Sequence record: PX418923.1
Reading direction: 5' to 3' (one strand)
Length of the DNA stretch: 50,008 bases
From: a phage
The notes under the pieces were generated by a model, which saw only the letters and a program-made list of their open reading frames with translations, made no database searches and was not told where the DNA came from. Made by a program: the position numbers and the translations under genes. Below are positions 47,193 to 50,008 of this stretch, piece by piece. Position 1 is the first letter of the stretch. Every line of letters begins with the position of its first letter.

Positions 47193-47944
47193 TGTTTATC
47201 TATGCGTACAATAATGCCAGCAAGGCTGGTAAGCAAATCAGGGACATGCTTAATGTAAAATTTATTAAGCATAAAAACTCTAAGTTCAAAGGCTCCCCAG
47301 ATAAAGTGGTGATTAACTGGGGTAGTAGCAATCTTCCAGAAGAAGTTCTTAAGTGTACGGTTGTTAATGCCTCTGTAGCCGTCTCCAGGGCCGCTAACAA
47401 GCGTTCTTTCTTCGAGGCAATGGTAGGGCATGCCCGTACACCAGAATTCACTACAGACAAAGCTGAGGCCCTTAAATGGGTGGATGGTGGAAACACTGTA
47501 GTGTGTCGTACTTTGCTAAATGCAAACAGTGGTAAGGGTATTGTACTTGTAGGGCCAGGTGATGGTGAGCTTGTCGATGCACCTCTGTACACTAAGTATG
47601 TGCCCAAGAAACAAGAGTGGCGAATCCATGTGTTCCGTGGTGAGTGTGTAGACATTCAAAGAAAAGCACGTAAGAAAGATGTTCCTGATGAAGAAGTGAA
47701 CTGGAAGATTAGGAACATTGGTGGTGGTTTTATCTTTGCACGCAACGAAGGAATTAAACCTCATGAAGACATTATTGAACAAGCTATTAAGGCTGTTGAA
47801 GCCTGTGGACTTGACTTCGGCGCAGCAGACGTCATCTTCAATGAGAAAGAACAGAAAGCCTACGTGTTGGAAGTCAATACAGCTCCGGGAGTTGATGGCA
47901 CAACGCTCGAAGGTTATGTCAAAAGATTTAAGGAGTTGAAATGA
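47192..47944 (+). CDS. ATP-grasp ligase (RimK-like)
   Basis: WRIHVFRGE and C-terminal YVLEVNTAPG motifs. Confidence 0.65.
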   Translation: MFIYAYNNASKAGKQIRDMLNVKFIKHKNSKFKGSPDKVVINWGSSNLPEEVLKCTVVNASVAVSRAANKRSFFEAMVGHARTPEFTTDKAEALKWVDGGNTVVCRTLLNANSGKGIVLVGPGDGELVDAPLYTKYVPKKQEWRIHVFRGECVDIQRKARKKDVPDEEVNWKIRNIGGGFIFARNEGIKPHEDIIEQAIKAVEACGLDFGAADVIFNEKEQKAYVLEVNTAPGVDGTTLEGYVKRFKELK

Positions 47945-48198
47945 GCAAGCACATTAACAGCACTAAACTCACAGAAACTCTAACACTCTCGGAGTGCAGA
48001 GACGGATTTTGGCTATATGACTATACTCGCGGCATGAACCTAAGCATGCGAGCAAAAACGCCACAGGATGCCTTCGTAGAGTGCATTTCCTACTACCAGA
48101 AACGACTCGCCGAAGTAGAAAGTGAATACCGTGAACTAACGGCCAAGGTAGACGCCTTTGTAGGCCAGTTTGTTGAAGACTGTGAGGAGTGGAGATGA
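47941..48198 (+). CDS. Hypothetical protein
   Basis: ATGA overlap with ATP-grasp stop. Confidence 0.45.
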   Translation: MSKHINSTKLTETLTLSECRDGFWLYDYTRGMNLSMRAKTPQDAFVECISYYQKRLAEVESEYRELTAKVDAFVGQFVEDCEEWR

Positions 48199-49112
48199 GC
48201 AAGGAACTGGACAAGGCACCGGTAAGGCAGGCAGGCGGAGATGCGCGCAAACTGTCAGACCTCGGTAACGAATTGCACAACCTTTCGTGCTCGATCATTC
48301 ACGAAAACGAGGAATGGGCTGAACAGATCGGCGGCACTGGCGAAGCCGATTCCGGTGGCGTCCGCCCATGGGGAGAGCCGGTCTTGATCCCCTGTGACTG
48401 CGAGACAGAGCAGGCAGAGCCGGAACTGGAGCCGCATATACCTGCACAGAACATCGCTGAGGCCGCAATAGAGCAGTTGATTAAGTCTGGCGCCAAACAC
48501 TATCAGGAATTCCATTTCGACCTCCACCTTGATGGTCAGGAAGGGGCACGCCCTGTTGTCGTGACAGTAGCGTTTTCTGATGGGCCGTCTGCGCACGAAC
48601 TACGCATGAAAGCAGAGCAAGAGCGCGACGCCGCTCTGGCCGAAGTCGAGCGCCTGCGTGAGTCAAAAGGTGACCCTGTTGGCAGCCTCGAAAAGTGCAT
48701 GAAAGTGATGTACGAGCGCGACGAAAACGCTAAGCGGCTGGAAGTCGCCCTGGCCATGGCCGAGGCCGCAGCAGCAAAGGGAGATGCTGCTCGCCAGCAA
48801 TGCGGCGGAATGGAGAGGGAGATCGAGGAACTTCGCGCCGAGGCCCAGGCGCTGGGGCGCATCGTCGACAAGCTGACGCAGTACAACGAGAGTCTTTACG
48901 AAGAAAATACACGACTGCTTGCGGATTGTGAGAAGATCGACAGGGAAGTCGCAGCACTGCGCGCAAAGTTATCAGACCTGCCCGGATGGTTACGGGTTGC
49001 TTACTCGTGGGGTTACATAGGTGGGCAGAACAACCCTAACGGGTACCTTGACGAGGAGAATCGTGATAATTGTGTCAATGAAATCCTTGTTCGTAACCAC
49101 ATCATTACATAA
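48195..49112 (+). CDS. Coiled-coil protein in a compositionally foreign high-GC segment
   Basis: GC-rich codons (GCC, CTG, CGC) unlike the rest of the genome; Ala/Glu/Arg-rich heptad-like sequence; ATGA overlap at start. Confidence 0.5.
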   Translation: MSKELDKAPVRQAGGDARKLSDLGNELHNLSCSIIHENEEWAEQIGGTGEADSGGVRPWGEPVLIPCDCETEQAEPELEPHIPAQNIAEAAIEQLIKSGAKHYQEFHFDLHLDGQEGARPVVVTVAFSDGPSAHELRMKAEQERDAALAEVERLRESKGDPVGSLEKCMKVMYERDENAKRLEVALAMAEAAAAKGDAARQQCGGMEREIEELRAEAQALGRIVDKLTQYNESLYEENTRLLADCEKIDREVAALRAKLSDLPGWLRVAYSWGYIGGQNNPNGYLDEENRDNCVNEILVRNHIIT

Positions 49113-49164
49113 GGAGATTGTATGAGAAACAACAGTAGTAATAAGTCCCAACATAAGGAGAGTT

Positions 49165-49464
49165 ATGAAAGTATTGATTGAGAGTATCAAACGCTGGGCT
49201 AGTGACAGAAATTTGGTTGAAGGCAGCACGCCTAAAGATCAATGCCTTAAACTCATTCAAGAAGTTGGAGAGCTTAGTGACAGTTTGTGTAAAGGTAAAC
49301 CAGCCATTGACGACATTGGCGATTGTATGGTGGTACTAATCATTCTAGCTGAGCAACTTGGATTGTCTGTAGAGGATTGTCTGTATCATTCCTATCAAGA
49401 AATTAAAGACCGTAAAGGTCGAATGATTGATGGCGTATTTGTCAAGGAGCAAGATTATGTATGA
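49165..49464 (+). CDS. mazG: MazG-like nucleotide pyrophosphohydrolase
   Basis: EVGEL and DIGD acidic motifs of the small MazG-like all-alpha NTP-PPase family; GGAGAG RBS. Confidence 0.6.
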   Translation: MKVLIESIKRWASDRNLVEGSTPKDQCLKLIQEVGELSDSLCKGKPAIDDIGDCMVVLIILAEQLGLSVEDCLYHSYQEIKDRKGRMIDGVFVKEQDYV

Positions 49465-49563
49465 AGTGTATCGTGAAAACCACGGAGAGTCTAAGAAAGT
49501 AGTTGGCTATACTTCTAAAAAGACGCAGAAGAGTGTGTACAACTTCTGAATGAAGCTTGGGAG

Positions 49564-49782
49564 TTGATTAACAGACCTGATATTACATACAAAATTAAAT
49601 ATGTAAAGCCAGATTATATTTACGTTGTCGAAGGCGACGGTAAGTATCTACTTACAACTAAAACTAGGCAGTTCGCTCGTAGGTATGTTTCGATGGTCAA
49701 GAAGTTTGGTGCAGATATCAATAAAAAATACACTATCACTCAGATTAATTTGAATAATGTTGAAGGGAAAATTGTACGATGA
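49564..49782 (+). CDS. Hypothetical protein
   Basis: ORF-track ORF with TTG start; start codon uncertain. Confidence 0.3.
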   Translation: MINRPDITYKIKYVKPDYIYVVEGDGKYLLTTKTRQFARRYVSMVKKFGADINKKYTITQINLNNVEGKIVR

Positions 49783-49845
49783 AACTCCCTAAATATGTAT
49801 ACCTCATTTATGTTAATGGCCTATATGAAGAATTCGGAGAATAAT

Positions 49846-50008
49846 ATGTGCTGTGATGGCTGGTTGATAGGTCCAGAAGACAGTAATGAAAGCATTGGTG
49901 AATGTCCTGATTGTGGACATGAAGCTGTAGTTACAACATATGTAAATGGTGAGCAAAGTTTTGCGGCCACTTATGGGTGCAATTACTCACCACTAGATTG
50001 CCCGACTT
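49846..50008 (+). CDS. Small Cys-rich zinc-ribbon protein, 5' part (runs off the window end; continues at 1-159)
   Basis: GGAG RBS 9 nt before ATG 49846; CDGW...CPDCGH; the reading frame continues into the duplicated first bases of the window. Confidence 0.4.
   Translation, partial: MCCDGWLIGPEDSNESIGECPDCGHEAVVTTYVNGEQSFAATYGCNYSPLDCPT

Noticed and set aside
48255-48966. Several minus-strand ORFs across the high-GC segment
   Set aside because: High GC lowers stop-codon frequency in all frames; the plus-strand coiled-coil ORF is continuous and translationally coupled to its neighbours
1-50008. Searched for a single-subunit RNA polymerase, integrase/excisionase and CRISPR arrays
   Set aside because: No ORF of suitable size or motif content and no regular short repeat-spacer arrays were seen

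Overview
This window appears to be a complete, circularly permuted genome of a tailed dsDNA phage of about 49.9 kb; bases 1-128 are repeated at 49881-50008, so the window wraps. All calls are from reading the sequence and the ORF track by eye; no searches were run. Plus strand (36.7 kb through the wrap to 14.2 kb): small early genes, a tRNA-like element, a seven-gene accessory cluster of predicted amide-bond enzymes (class-I and class-II glutamine amidotransferase-like proteins, two glutamine-synthetase-like amidoligase paralogs, an ATP-grasp ligase), a high-GC foreign gene, MazG, then a T7-like replication and nucleotide-metabolism module (primase-helicase, sigma-like factor, family A DNA polymerase, exonucleases, ThyX-like, PhoH, thioredoxin, class I RNR). 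nrdB is interrupted by a group I intron carrying a LAGLIDADG homing endonuclease. Minus strand (35.7 to 14.3 kb): one late operon with tail fiber/tailspike, terminase, portal, scaffold, capsid, tail tube, internal virion proteins, lysozyme and holin-like proteins. The two blocks diverge from a roughly 1 kb non-coding control region (35.7-36.7 kb) with two sigma70-like promoters and converge at a hairpin terminator near 14.3 kb. No single-subunit RNA polymerase, integrase or CRISPR array was seen. The most interesting candidate for an undescribed system is the amidoligase/ATP-grasp/amidotransferase cluster at 42583-47944, whose class-II amidotransferase seems to need a non-AUG (ATT) start to expose its catalytic cysteine. 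A 21-bp motif with four copies is a candidate phage-specific promoter or operator.
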